The notes under the pieces: model-generated
Told to the model about the DNA's origin: nothing
Databases searched by the model: none
The model's input: only the letters and a program-made list of their open reading frames with translations
Made by a program: the position numbers and the translations under genes
In this document: positions 1-8,040 of the stretch, piece after piece
Numbering within the stretch: the stretch's first letter is position 1
Layout of the letters: every line of letters starts with the position of its first letter
IMG/VR virus record: IMGVR_UViG_3300005077_001203
Length of the DNA: 15,691 nucleotides
DNA from: a virus
Direction: 5' to 3' (one strand)

Positions 1-303
1 GAGATTTCGAAACGGTTTGCCGCAATCGATAAGGCTCGTAGCCAGCTCGACGCCGACAGCGCGCAACGTCAGGTTGTCCAGACACTGAACGACATGAACT
101 TCGATTTCGACGGTAACCTGGTGACCGATATGGAAATGCCGGTATACACTGGCATCCAAGACGAGATTCAAGAAGGTCTTGCGCGAATCAAGCTCAAAGA
201 GCTGCGTGACCCGGCCAAGAAACACGATGGCAATTTCCTGGAAGAGAAGGAAACCAAGAGTGATCTTGAGGCACTCTCGGAGTTTTCGTCGACTCTCAAA
301 TAG
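1..303 (+). CDS. 3' end of a gene that begins upstream of the window; product unknown
   Basis: Frame 1 is open from base 1 (EISKRFAAIDKARSQLDADSAQRQVVQTLNDMNFDFDG...) to the TAG at 301-303, so the ATG at 94 is internal. Codon style matches the downstream genes. Confidence 0.5.
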   Translation, partial: EISKRFAAIDKARSQLDADSAQRQVVQTLNDMNFDFDGNLVTDMEMPVYTGIQDEIQEGLARIKLKELRDPAKKHDGNFLEEKETKSDLEALSEFSSTLK

Positions 304-362
304 ACGCGACGGGTGACACTCAGACCATAAGGCTTTCTGGAGTAGCCCCGTCTAGTATAGAG

Positions 363-402
363 AAGCACTCCTCCTTGCGACCTTCCGCTTGGAGGAGTGC
401 TT
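363..402 (+). terminator. Stem-loop downstream of the truncated gene; candidate intrinsic terminator or regulatory hairpin
   Basis: Perfect 12-bp inverted repeat AAGCACTCCTCC ... GGAGGAGTGCTT with a 16-nt loop, followed by TTTCTGATT. The U-tract is weak, so terminator function is uncertain. Confidence 0.4.
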
Positions 403-516
403 TCTGATTACAAAACTAGACCTGAGGCATATGTGAACTCAGGACTTGTTCGTGTATGCCTCTGGTCTGGGATACGCGAGAAACAAGAAACAACCACTGG
501 GAAAAAGGAGGTAGCT

Positions 517-1263
517 ATGAGTCAGATAAAGCTTGCATTGTTTTTGATTGTTCTGGCCGGGCTGATTTTGGGTCCAATCATTTACATGGCGATGAACCAG
601 GAGCCGACGGAGTACATGGAGGGGACAGTCGTCGATGTTAAATTGGGTGAGGTACTTGAAACATTCTTCAACCACGGTGGTCGTGACAAATTCGGTTCGA
701 TCAAGATCTGGTTTGAGGAGAGGGATACTTCTCAGGTATACCCAATTGCAATCTACGACTACCACTCTTCAAGTGGAGGAAGTGATATTCGTAAAGTATT
801 GACCTTGACGGTCAACGACCTACTCGACCAAATTAAGGAAGGTACCTTGCTTAGGTTGCCTATTAAGGAGATGGGCGAAAGGTACTATACGGACGAGGTT
901 CAGCTGATTACCAAGTTCAGCGAGAAGAAGGTGGTTGTCGCCGAGGAGCAGCATGTGTCGGCGGTGACACCAGGGCAACTTCCAGAGTACGAGGTTTTGA
1001 CTGAATCTGGAAAAGTCTTTGCCTTGAGCCTGAAGGACAATAAGGTGAAGATTAATGGAAACAAGGAGGATATTCAGGCTCATGTTGAAGAGTTCGGTCC
1101 TGAACTTGGAATCGTGCGTGACTATATTGGAGAGGAGAGCGTTGACAAAACGACTCTTCTTCGAAGACTCAAGAACGCGGGATTCATCAAGGTCGTCGAG
1201 TATCGCCAGAGGTCGAAGGGGGACTTGATTCTCCAGAACGATTTTCTGGTGGTTGAAGAGTAG
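517..1263 (+). CDS. N-terminally membrane-anchored protein of unknown function; paralog A, sharing a C-terminal domain of about 100 aa with the next gene
   Basis: ATG at 517 lies 6-7 nt after AAAAGGAGG. The GTG at 397 in the ORF track abuts GGAGGAG with no spacer and overlaps the hairpin. N-terminus MSQIKLALFLIVLAGLILGPIIYMAM is a TM or signal anchor. The C-terminal 100 aa are about 75% identical to the next gene. Confidence 0.7.
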   Translation: MSQIKLALFLIVLAGLILGPIIYMAMNQEPTEYMEGTVVDVKLGEVLETFFNHGGRDKFGSIKIWFEERDTSQVYPIAIYDYHSSSGGSDIRKVLTLTVNDLLDQIKEGTLLRLPIKEMGERYYTDEVQLITKFSEKKVVVAEEQHVSAVTPGQLPEYEVLTESGKVFALSLKDNKVKINGNKEDIQAHVEEFGPELGIVRDYIGEESVDKTTLLRRLKNAGFIKVVEYRQRSKGDLILQNDFLVVEE

Positions 1264-1286
1264 CCAAGAATAGGAGATAGGAGCCG

Positions 1287-2081
1287 ATGAGCGAATTAGT
1301 TAGACGTCGTGATAGAGGAGAACATCCGTCAGGAATCCTGATGACTTGCGGAATTTCCTTTATCCTGTTCCTCGTTGTACTTCCAGCACTAATGAGTGGA
1401 TGCGGTGCGGAGATTTACATTGAGGGCAGGCAAGGCTCAGAGAAGTCCTCTTCAAAGAGGCAATACATTGAGGGACGCATTACCTCAATTACAAAAAAGA
1501 ACAATGAGGGACAGGTCTTTAGAAAGGAGACATCCTTTGTTGGACTAATCCTCATTGTCGAGGAGCCTGCTAAGGCAAAGATTCATACACTTGTTGTCAA
1601 GGAGACAATTTTAAGGGGTGAGTCTTTCTTGACAGCAGAAGAGCTCTATGAGATATTGAAGGTTGGGGATATTGTGAGGATTCCGGATAGAGGAGACCTT
1701 CCACTGTTCCCATCGGACATTGAAATTCTCACGGAGTTTACGAAAGAGGGAGAGACAGCAGATGTCGCGTCTTCTGCGATTGAGCCAGATGCTCTTCCGG
1801 AGTATGAAGTAGTCACCGAGTCTGGAAAGGTCTTCGCCTTGAGCCTGAAAAATAAGCAGGTGAAGATTTATGGTGACGCAAAAGAGATACGGGCTCATAT
1901 TGACAAGTTCGACCTTGAACTGCGAATCGTGCGTGAATACATTCAGGAAGAAAGCGTTGAAAAAAGGACTCTTCTTCGAAGACTCAAGAACGCAGGATTC
2001 ATCAAGGTCGTTGAATATCGCTCGAGGACTGTGGGAGACCTGATTGGACGCAAGGATTTTCTGGTGCTCGAAAGCGAGTAA
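1287..2081 (+). CDS. Signal-anchored or possible lipoprotein of unknown function; paralog B
   Basis: AGGAGATAGGAG precedes the ATG. A hydrophobic segment ends in LMSGC, which is a possible lipobox. The C-terminal domain PEYEVVTESGKVFALSLK...LLRRLKNAGFIKVVEYR is nearly identical to that of the previous gene. The start could instead be the ATG at 1341. Confidence 0.65.
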   Translation: MSELVRRRDRGEHPSGILMTCGISFILFLVVLPALMSGCGAEIYIEGRQGSEKSSSKRQYIEGRITSITKKNNEGQVFRKETSFVGLILIVEEPAKAKIHTLVVKETILRGESFLTAEELYEILKVGDIVRIPDRGDLPLFPSDIEILTEFTKEGETADVASSAIEPDALPEYEVVTESGKVFALSLKNKQVKIYGDAKEIRAHIDKFDLELRIVREYIQEESVEKRTLLRRLKNAGFIKVVEYRSRTVGDLIGRKDFLVLESE

Positions 2082-2125
2082 GAGTTTTTGACTTCTGAAA
2101 CAACCCTTACATGGGGAGAGATACC

Positions 2126-2356
2126 ATGATTGCTGATTCTCAGGATTACCATGAAGGCGAAGTTCGCTTGCCGATGTGGGCTTACGGTATGCTTGTCGTC
2201 TTGGCCGTCATTTTGGGAGTCGGAGTCGTCGCCGTTCCTGCGACGTGGGTCGCATTCGCAATTTCGAAGACTGTTGGATGGATTGTGGTTGGAGTGCTTG
2301 CAGTTCTCTATTCAGGCCTCGTGCTGTACTGTGGCATTGGTGGGTCGACAGAGTAG
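2126..2356 (+). CDS. Small membrane protein with two predicted TM helices
   Basis: Open frame with GGGGAGAG 5 nt upstream of ATG 2126; an alternative ATG lies at 2111. Long hydrophobic stretches (MLVVLAVILGVGVVAVPATWVAF; WIVVGVLAVLYSGLVLY). Confidence 0.45.
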   Translation: MIADSQDYHEGEVRLPMWAYGMLVVLAVILGVGVVAVPATWVAFAISKTVGWIVVGVLAVLYSGLVLYCGIGGSTE

Positions 2357-2411
2357 TGGCCATTACAAACAACTGAGTTTTCAAGAAGAAACAAGAAAGG
2401 AAAAGTGAGTC

Positions 2412-3467
2412 ATGAGTGATGAAAGAAAAGTAAGTGAGGAGTCGAGGGATGAGGCACCGAGTGAAGAACAGCCTGTTGTGAAGGTTGATTTTGGAGATTC
2501 GGATAAGCAGCTACTTGAAAAAGTAGAAGTAGCTGCTGCGAAAACCTTTCAGCCGATTCGTGAGGAGGCAACTCCGGGTGAGGCGGCGATTGAGCGACAT
2601 GGGGTCAAACTCGGTGCGAGCGGTGGAGACCAGGGTAAGAAGTATGGTGTGCAAGCCATTCCTTCTCCGCCGCCACCTCCCGCACCTCCCCAAGCTGCAC
2701 CGGTCGAAGAGGAGGAGGAGAAACCGAAGAAGGAGAAGAAGACACTCAGGCAGCAGTTTACTGAAAAGCGCAAGACGGTCGTTGAGTGGTACGAGACAGC
2801 GAAGGATTGGTTTTCAAACCATGTATTGTGGTTCATCCTGGCCTACGTTGTCTCTATTTTGATTACCCTCCTATATTTTACGGGATACTTTTTCGGCGGC
2901 TCGCCTGAAGTACTCGAACCAAACGAGAAATCGGTTGCGGAGCGAGCGATGACTGTTGATGACCCATCATATGGGACCTATCGGGAACTCCAGATGGAAG
3001 ACATCAACAACGACGGAAAGGTCGATGGTCTCTGGGCGAGCGGTGTATTTGAATGGCTTGCGCCAGAATTCATGGAGAAGCATGGGCGCAGTGGCTCAAC
3101 TCGTGTTATGTCGCCAGAAATGATTGCGATTCTTAGCGAGAAACTCGCAACGGACCGCAAAGCGGCATCGATGGTCTGGGTAGACAAGTACCGCTCAGTT
3201 CAGGAATACCAGGAGAAGAACAAGGAGAAAATTGAGAAGGAGAAAGTTAGTCGTTACTATATGAGGCGAAAGATGGCCTTCTGGCTTTCGACGCTCTTCA
3301 TGTACTTCTTCTACGTACAGATTAGTTTCTTCTTCAAAGGAGACTTTGAGAAGTACACGAAGTCGGAGATTAAGGAGTCTATCTCTTGGCTTCTAGTTTG
3401 GACAGTCATCCTGACTCTCTTTATGTTCTACGTATTCGTAACGCCATACATCTGGCCTCCGGCGTAG
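2412..3467 (+). CDS. Membrane protein with an acidic, Pro-rich, Lys-rich disordered N-terminal tail, one central TM helix and two C-terminal TM helices; function unknown
   Basis: 351-aa ORF. Low-complexity segment PSPPPPPAPPQAAPVEEEEEKPKKEKK. TM helices at VLWFILAYVVSILITLLYF, WLSTLFMYFFYVQISFFF and ISWLLVWTVILTLFMFYVFV. Codon style is consistent with its neighbours. Confidence 0.6.
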   Translation: MSDERKVSEESRDEAPSEEQPVVKVDFGDSDKQLLEKVEVAAAKTFQPIREEATPGEAAIERHGVKLGASGGDQGKKYGVQAIPSPPPPPAPPQAAPVEEEEEKPKKEKKTLRQQFTEKRKTVVEWYETAKDWFSNHVLWFILAYVVSILITLLYFTGYFFGGSPEVLEPNEKSVAERAMTVDDPSYGTYRELQMEDINNDGKVDGLWASGVFEWLAPEFMEKHGRSGSTRVMSPEMIAILSEKLATDRKAASMVWVDKYRSVQEYQEKNKEKIEKEKVSRYYMRRKMAFWLSTLFMYFFYVQISFFFKGDFEKYTKSEIKESISWLLVWTVILTLFMFYVFVTPYIWPPA

Positions 3468-3606
3468 AACTTTCCTCAAGTCTTTGGCGCACTCCCCGGG
3501 CTACTTGTTTGTAGCCTTTACAAAAAGATCTTGCCCAATCTAGGCCGATGAGGATGCCGGGGCGAGTGCGTCTTTTATTGTTCTCTAACATAAGGAGGTG
3601 GAGGAG

Positions 3607-3759
3607 ATGGATAGTCAAGGAACTGACTTGAAAAAACGAATTGAACTTCTAGAGCGTGAGATAAAACTCACACGTTGCGAACTCGAGCATGATAAATGCG
3701 AGATTCATCGACTCTTAGTCGAGCTCGAAAAACTTGAAGCGAGAGTTCGTGAGAAATGA
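3607..3759 (+). CDS. 50-aa coiled-coil micro-protein (MDSQGTDLKKRIELLEREIKLTRCELEHDKCEIHRLLVELEKLEARVREK); not in the supplied ORF track
   Basis: Strong RBS TAAGGAGGTGGAGGAG directly upstream of the ATG. Heptad-like Leu/Glu pattern. Fills an otherwise empty intergenic gap. Confidence 0.4.
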   Translation: MDSQGTDLKKRIELLEREIKLTRCELEHDKCEIHRLLVELEKLEARVREK

Positions 3760-3793
3760 GCGTTTGGGAACTTTCAAGGACAAGGAGATAAAG

Positions 3794-4009
3794 ATGTCCG
3801 CGAAGAATGGCAAGAACGTTGTGTACGATATCGTATGTGTCGAAAGGCGCATGGCGAGCTTGCCGTCACTCATTGAAGAAGTCAACAAGAGATGTCAAGA
3901 CGGCTGGGTTCCCTGTGGAAGTCCGATTGTTGATTCGGCGGGATTTTACTTGCAAGCAATTGTGAGAATTCCGTCGCAAGAAGACGTTGATCCTGACAAA
4001 AGTCGGTGA
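3794..4009 (+). CDS. Small soluble protein (71 aa); member 1 of a three-member paralog family of small GW-motif proteins, possibly DUF4177-like
   Basis: AAGGAG sits 7 nt upstream of ATG 3794. Shares the pattern hydrophobic strand - LxELExxVNExxxxGW - ...AxVR with the genes at 4552 and 4794. Confidence 0.5.
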   Translation: MSAKNGKNVVYDIVCVERRMASLPSLIEEVNKRCQDGWVPCGSPIVDSAGFYLQAIVRIPSQEDVDPDKSR

Positions 4010-4054
4010 TAGAAACGAGAAACAAACGAGAGTTGGCAATAAGGAGACTTTGCC

Positions 4055-4303
4055 GTGTTTTTCCTTACATTTTGGGAAGGGCTTGGCCCATTCCTATTCT
4101 CTCAAGTCTTCACTGTCCTTTTCGTCTTGACTGCTATCAAGGCGATTAAGATTTGGAGACGGAACAAAGAATTCAGCTTGCACCACAAGGTGATTCTTTC
4201 GATGGCGGGAGTGATGTTCCTCTTTGCATACATTGAGGTATACTGCTCCCTGTACAGGGTGATTTCACCAACCGACGTTTACTTTGTACTCTTTCGCCCT
4301 TAA
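4055..4303 (+). CDS. Small membrane protein with two TM helices
   Basis: GTG start with AAGGAG 8 nt upstream. Hydrophobic segments LGPFLFSQVFTVLFVLTAI and VILSMAGVMFLFAYIEVY. Confidence 0.4.
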   Translation: MFFLTFWEGLGPFLFSQVFTVLFVLTAIKAIKIWRRNKEFSLHHKVILSMAGVMFLFAYIEVYCSLYRVISPTDVYFVLFRP

Positions 4304-4322
4304 AGGAGATAAGGGGGTTGAG

Positions 4323-4547
4323 ATGGCGAAGTTATTCATGGTCGTCCTGGCCGCGGTCTTCGTCTACTGGTACTTTGGCCAAAAGGGATTTTTCTACATC
4401 AAGGCCAAGGTAGTTCATGCTCAAGATGTTGTAGAGAGGGTGGTGTGGGTTCTCCTCGGAGTTGTCTACAGCCTTCTCTACCTCATCGGGCTTCTTCTGG
4501 CGAGGGCTACAAAGTGGTCAACTGACAAACTATTGTTTAGGAGGTGA
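4323..4547 (+). CDS. Small membrane protein with two TM helices
   Basis: AAAGGAGATAAGGGGG precedes ATG 4323. MAKLFMVVLAAVFVYWYF and VVWVLLGVVYSLLYLIGLLLA. Confidence 0.5.
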   Translation: MAKLFMVVLAAVFVYWYFGQKGFFYIKAKVVHAQDVVERVVWVLLGVVYSLLYLIGLLLARATKWSTDKLLFRR

Positions 4548-4551
4548 CAAT

Positions 4552-4776
4552 ATGTCGCAATCAATTTGTGCGAAGGAGTATAAGGTGGTTGTCGCCGATG
4601 GCAAGAATGCACCTGATACCCTTCTGGAGCTCGAAAGGAAGGTGAACGAGCTTCTGGAAAAGAACCAGGGTTGGCGTCCACTCGAAAGTGGTCCGACCCT
4701 TGACGGGATGAGTCGTGCGTTTCAAGGGATGGTGCGCGAGCAGGAGAGACCAAGACCTGACATGAGGACGCTTTAG
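4552..4776 (+). CDS. Small soluble protein (74 aa); paralog family member 2 (possible DUF4177-like)
   Basis: TAGGAGGTGACAAT precedes the ATG. EYKVVVADGK...LLELERKVNELLEKNQGWRPLESGP...MVR matches the pattern of 3794 and 4794. Confidence 0.55.
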   Translation: MSQSICAKEYKVVVADGKNAPDTLLELERKVNELLEKNQGWRPLESGPTLDGMSRAFQGMVREQERPRPDMRTL

Positions 4777-4793
4777 AAAGGAGTTCGACACGG

Positions 4794-4991
4794 ATGCGTT
4801 CTGAAACAGGATTTTCTGAACCGCCGCGCGGCGTGAAGGTCATTGAGGGAGATAGCTCAGCTATTATTCACCGCAGAATCCTGGAACTTGAAAGTCAAGG
4901 CTGGATTCTTGTGAACGATATGGCTGAGCGTCTCCTTGAGGACGGTGCATGCTTTGTTGCGGTTCTTCGGGCACCTTTTACTGGAAGATAA
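4794..4991 (+). CDS. Small soluble protein (65 aa); paralog family member 3 (possible DUF4177-like)
   Basis: AAAGGAG upstream. VKVIEGDSS...ILELESQGWILVND...FVAVLR. Confidence 0.5.
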   Translation: MRSETGFSEPPRGVKVIEGDSSAIIHRRILELESQGWILVNDMAERLLEDGACFVAVLRAPFTGR

Positions 4992-5101
4992 CTCTTGAAG
5001 TAAGGAAAATCTAGGTAGACCTTGTATTAGGTCTTGTCCCCTAAGTGTTGGGATGGTTTGGAGTTTTTCATCTCACTGGAAATTAACATAAGGAAACTGA
5101 T

Positions 5102-5326
5102 ATGAGCAGTCTAACAATTTTTCTGCTCTTCGTTTACGCTGTTCTTCTCACTCGCGTTAACTTCGTGGCGCTCGTACTTGCTGCATCTGCATTCGCGAAG
5201 CGACCGGAGGGAGAGAAGCAGCCTTCGAAACTCCACAAGTGGATTGTTTCTATTGTACTTGTCGTTCTGACGCTTGCTGAACTTGCAGGGGCGGTTGGCA
5301 TCCACTTCATGGTTGAACACCATTAA
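5102..5326 (+). CDS. Small membrane protein with two TM helices
   Basis: TAAGGAAACTGAT precedes the ATG. Two long hydrophobic helices separated by KRPEGEKQPSKLHK. Confidence 0.5.
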   Translation: MSSLTIFLLFVYAVLLTRVNFVALVLAASAFAKRPEGEKQPSKLHKWIVSIVLVVLTLAELAGAVGIHFMVEHH

Positions 5327-5444
5327 TTTAGGAAAGGGAAAAACCGACACAGAAACCTAAATGAGTTTTGGAACAGAAAAGGATTGCTAGTTTTGCTCAA
5401 GGATGGACTTCTTCTTGAAGAGGCAATTTGAAGAGGTTCATATT

Positions 5445-5948
5445 ATGAACGATCAGTCAAGCAAGAAAACCTATTGGTTCGTGTTTTTCGTCATGTGCGG
5501 TTTCTCGATTATGGGGCACGCTTCGGCGAGCGGTGGCCATGTTGAGAGCTGGGTCTTGATTTTTGAGGCGATTGCGGTTAGCTCGGTTCTTATTTGGTTG
5601 AACCGATTTGAACTGCAACCGGGAACGAAGGGGCAGGCGGTCACATATGCCATCCTGTCGTTTCTTGTGTTGATGCCGATTGGGCTGGTTACTCTTTCGG
5701 CGATGTGTGACTTCTGGGGGCGACTCATTGTGTCACACATGTCCCCGGAGCGAGCGCTGATGGATGGCACTAGTGTCGAAAGCGAAGTCTTAAAGGGCCT
5801 GTTTGAGGTTCTTGGAGCGGTCAAGGCGGCCATACTCAACAGGGACTTGTCTGTCTTGAAACAGGCGGAAAATCGTATCCACTTCTGGATTCTTGCAGGT
5901 GTTGGCCTGTGGATTATCGGGAAGTACGGATTTTTCCGCAAGCGTTAA
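5445..5948 (+). CDS. Membrane protein with about four TM helices; unknown
   Basis: GAAGAGG upstream of ATG 5445. The ORF is also open from 5403. Several hydrophobic helices. Confidence 0.5.
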   Translation: MNDQSSKKTYWFVFFVMCGFSIMGHASASGGHVESWVLIFEAIAVSSVLIWLNRFELQPGTKGQAVTYAILSFLVLMPIGLVTLSAMCDFWGRLIVSHMSPERALMDGTSVESEVLKGLFEVLGAVKAAILNRDLSVLKQAENRIHFWILAGVGLWIIGKYGFFRKR

Positions 5949-5968
5949 ATGTTATAAGGAGCTTTCAA

Positions 5969-6244
5969 GTGAGTTTGTATTCTTCTTTGATTACGATGGG
6001 ATGTGCGATTGCAATTTACACATTCTTTTGCCTGTGGTACATCATTGTCCAGAGGTGGGGGATTGTGTTTCGTGAGTATGACATGACGGCAAACCGAGAC
6101 TGGAAAAAGTACGATTGGAACAGTGGAGGTAAACCGCCGGTTGGTGTTGTTCGCTGGCTTGCATTCTGGACAGGAATGCATGCGGCGATGACGGCGGCTG
6201 CCTTTGTGTTCTCGCTAATCGTTACATTCAACCAGATGGGATAG
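5969..6244 (+). CDS. Small membrane protein
   Basis: AAGGAG sits 7 nt upstream of GTG 5969. The track ORF from 5909 would overlap the previous gene. TM helices LITMGCAIAIYTFFCLWYIIV and MHAAMTAAAFVFSLIVTF. Confidence 0.45.
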   Translation: MSLYSSLITMGCAIAIYTFFCLWYIIVQRWGIVFREYDMTANRDWKKYDWNSGGKPPVGVVRWLAFWTGMHAAMTAAAFVFSLIVTFNQMG

Positions 6245-6270
6245 GTGGGGCAAGAAAGGAGCAATCCACC

Positions 6271-6465
6271 ATGAAGAATTTCTTTTATGTCCTCCTAATT
6301 GCGACCTCTTTTGCGCTTGGTGTGTATCTTGCGCAAGTGCTCATGCCAGAGTGCGGGGACGCTTGGAGAACTCAACAACCACGAGACCAGAGTCGACAAG
6401 GACAAAGCTTTTCTCCAGAGGAGGCAACGTCGACTTCTCCGGCGACGAATCCACTTGTTTACTAG
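6271..6465 (+). CDS. Small protein with an N-terminal TM or signal segment and a polar Ser/Thr/Pro-rich tail
   Basis: AAAGGAG 9 nt upstream. MKNFFYVLLIATSFALGVYLAQVL. Confidence 0.45.
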   Translation: MKNFFYVLLIATSFALGVYLAQVLMPECGDAWRTQQPRDQSRQGQSFSPEEATSTSPATNPLVY

Positions 6466-6474
6466 GAGGGTTCG

Positions 6475-6921
6475 ATGAACGATGGAATGATGTGGGTCCT
6501 GATTGTGACTGGAGGAGTTTCATTCTTTCTTCTGACGAAGATTGACGTTCTCTGGAAACAGTTTCGGGACAACTACGACTTGCCACCGAGGCCTGAAGGA
6601 GATAATGGTTCATGGAAAGAGAAAGGCTGGAGAGCGCCGAAATCTTACGTGAACTACCTCCATACGGTGACCATGTTTACCTGTATCTTTGTTGGAACAC
6701 TTGGTGGGTTTTTGTTCACCTTGCATCCATTCTTTGGTGCTCAGGAAAAACAGGGTCCAAAGGAAATTAAGATTCTCATCATACCATTTGAGGAGGATGA
6801 GAATCGCACTCCGGAAAAGGAAGAAGATTCTTCGGATGGGGAACAGTTTGTTTTGGAGGATGGACAGTTCCTTACGTATTGTAACTCAACTTTAGCAATA
6901 GGAGGAAAAACTCGTGCTTGA
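6475..6921 (+). CDS. Membrane protein with two TM helices and an acidic C-terminal region; unknown
   Basis: TAGGAGGG overlaps the stop codon of the previous gene. WVLIVTGGVSFFLLTKI and VTMFTCIFVGTLGGFLFTL. Confidence 0.55.
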   Translation: MNDGMMWVLIVTGGVSFFLLTKIDVLWKQFRDNYDLPPRPEGDNGSWKEKGWRAPKSYVNYLHTVTMFTCIFVGTLGGFLFTLHPFFGAQEKQGPKEIKILIIPFEEDENRTPEKEEDSSDGEQFVLEDGQFLTYCNSTLAIGGKTRA

Positions 6922-7681
6922 GTATAGCAACCTTCAAAACGCGGGAGTCCTGATTGGGATTTCTTTTGCGGCAGGCCTTCTGGCGGGTTTCTTGCTGGCG
7001 CTCTGGTCTCTTCGCAGAGACAACTTGATTGTGGCAGTTCGCCACATGTTCTGGGCGTCAATTAAGATTGGCACGGTCCTGCTTGTCTGCGGTGTTCTCT
7101 TGAGTCTTTTGGGTTACTGGATTTACCGGTGGCCTTATGGGACGCTGAACAAATACCAGCGGGCGGCGGATGCGAACTATGAAGTGCTTGTCGACACTAG
7201 TCAGTTGGTGGTTCTTGATATTCAAGACCAGATTAGGTCTCTTCAGAACAGGGGCTTACTGAATGAGCCTGCTGCTGCGGAGGTCTCTTCGACTGCAACT
7301 GACGAAAAGCCGAGTGATGTTTCGCCTCTTCAGGACGTGCTTGTTGGCGTCGCGAATCTGGAGGGTGTCCTCAACGCGGACAAGGCAAGCTCTCGAGAGG
7401 AGGTTCTGAATTCTGTCGCTGAACTTGGTACGGCGCTTATGAAGTGCGACCGGTTCATGCATGGGAGTGGCGAGGATGTCATTCCTTATGCGATTTACGT
7501 CTCGCTTGAGCAGAAGATAAAGGAATCTCATCAGAAGCTCAAGGGAGCTTACGACGATGTTGTGACGTACCTTGATGCGTACAACCATTATAGGATTGAC
7601 GCATTCTGGTCATTTGACAGGGACACGGAGCGTCAAGCGAGATACCCAGAGAAGTTGGAAGTCTGCACAGTCCGCTTCTGA
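6914..7681 (+). CDS. Membrane-anchored protein (two N-terminal TM helices plus a soluble domain of about 170 aa); unknown
   Basis: GTG start with ATAGGAGGAAAAACTC upstream. An 8-nt overlap with the previous stop suggests translational coupling. Confidence 0.55.
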   Translation: MLEYSNLQNAGVLIGISFAAGLLAGFLLALWSLRRDNLIVAVRHMFWASIKIGTVLLVCGVLLSLLGYWIYRWPYGTLNKYQRAADANYEVLVDTSQLVVLDIQDQIRSLQNRGLLNEPAAAEVSSTATDEKPSDVSPLQDVLVGVANLEGVLNADKASSREEVLNSVAELGTALMKCDRFMHGSGEDVIPYAIYVSLEQKIKESHQKLKGAYDDVVTYLDAYNHYRIDAFWSFDRDTERQARYPEKLEVCTVRF

Positions 7682-7800
7682 GGCAGTCTTTGGTGATATT
7701 CTTTTGGGAGGTGGGCAAGCACTAATAAACTCCTTATTATCCCCTGTGTTTGCCCCCTCCCTTTTCTCTTCCTTCTTTACCCGAGAGAGGGAGCTCGGAT

Positions 7801-7983
7801 ATGGATAAACGGCTTCGTTGGGGATTCATCAAACTTGCAATCTATGTTGTGATTCTTTCGGTCCCGATTATGATTGCTTGTTACATGATTGAACACCCGA
7901 AAACTACGTTGGTAGTCTTTGTTGGAACTTGCGCCTTGACGCTGGTTCTGGCAGGAACACTTGTTTACTTTGTTTGGTTGTAA
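7801..7983 (+). CDS. Small membrane protein with two TM helices
   Basis: GAGAGGGAG upstream of ATG 7801. The RBS lies in the loop of a CCGAG/CTCGG stem. IKLAIYVVILSVPIMIACYMI and LVVFVGTCALTLVLAGTLVYFVWL. Confidence 0.45.
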   Translation: MDKRLRWGFIKLAIYVVILSVPIMIACYMIEHPKTTLVVFVGTCALTLVLAGTLVYFVWL

Positions 7984-8040
7984 GCAACTAGTCATTCTCG
8001 GGCGTGTTGCCTGAGACAAACCCTTATGGAGGACATTGAT

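Noticed and set aside
397-516. Upstream GTG start at 397 for the first paralog gene, as in the ORF track
   Set aside because: The GTG abuts GGAGGAG with zero spacing and lies inside the 363-402 hairpin. The ATG at 517 has a canonical AAGGAGG at 6-7 nt spacing and starts directly with the TM anchor.
7781-7800. CCGAG-AGAGGGAG-CTCGG stem placing the RBS of the 7801 gene in a hairpin loop; considered as a translational control element
   Set aside because: The stem is only 5 bp, so it is thermodynamically weak, and the SD is in the loop (accessible). It is noted in the feature evidence only.
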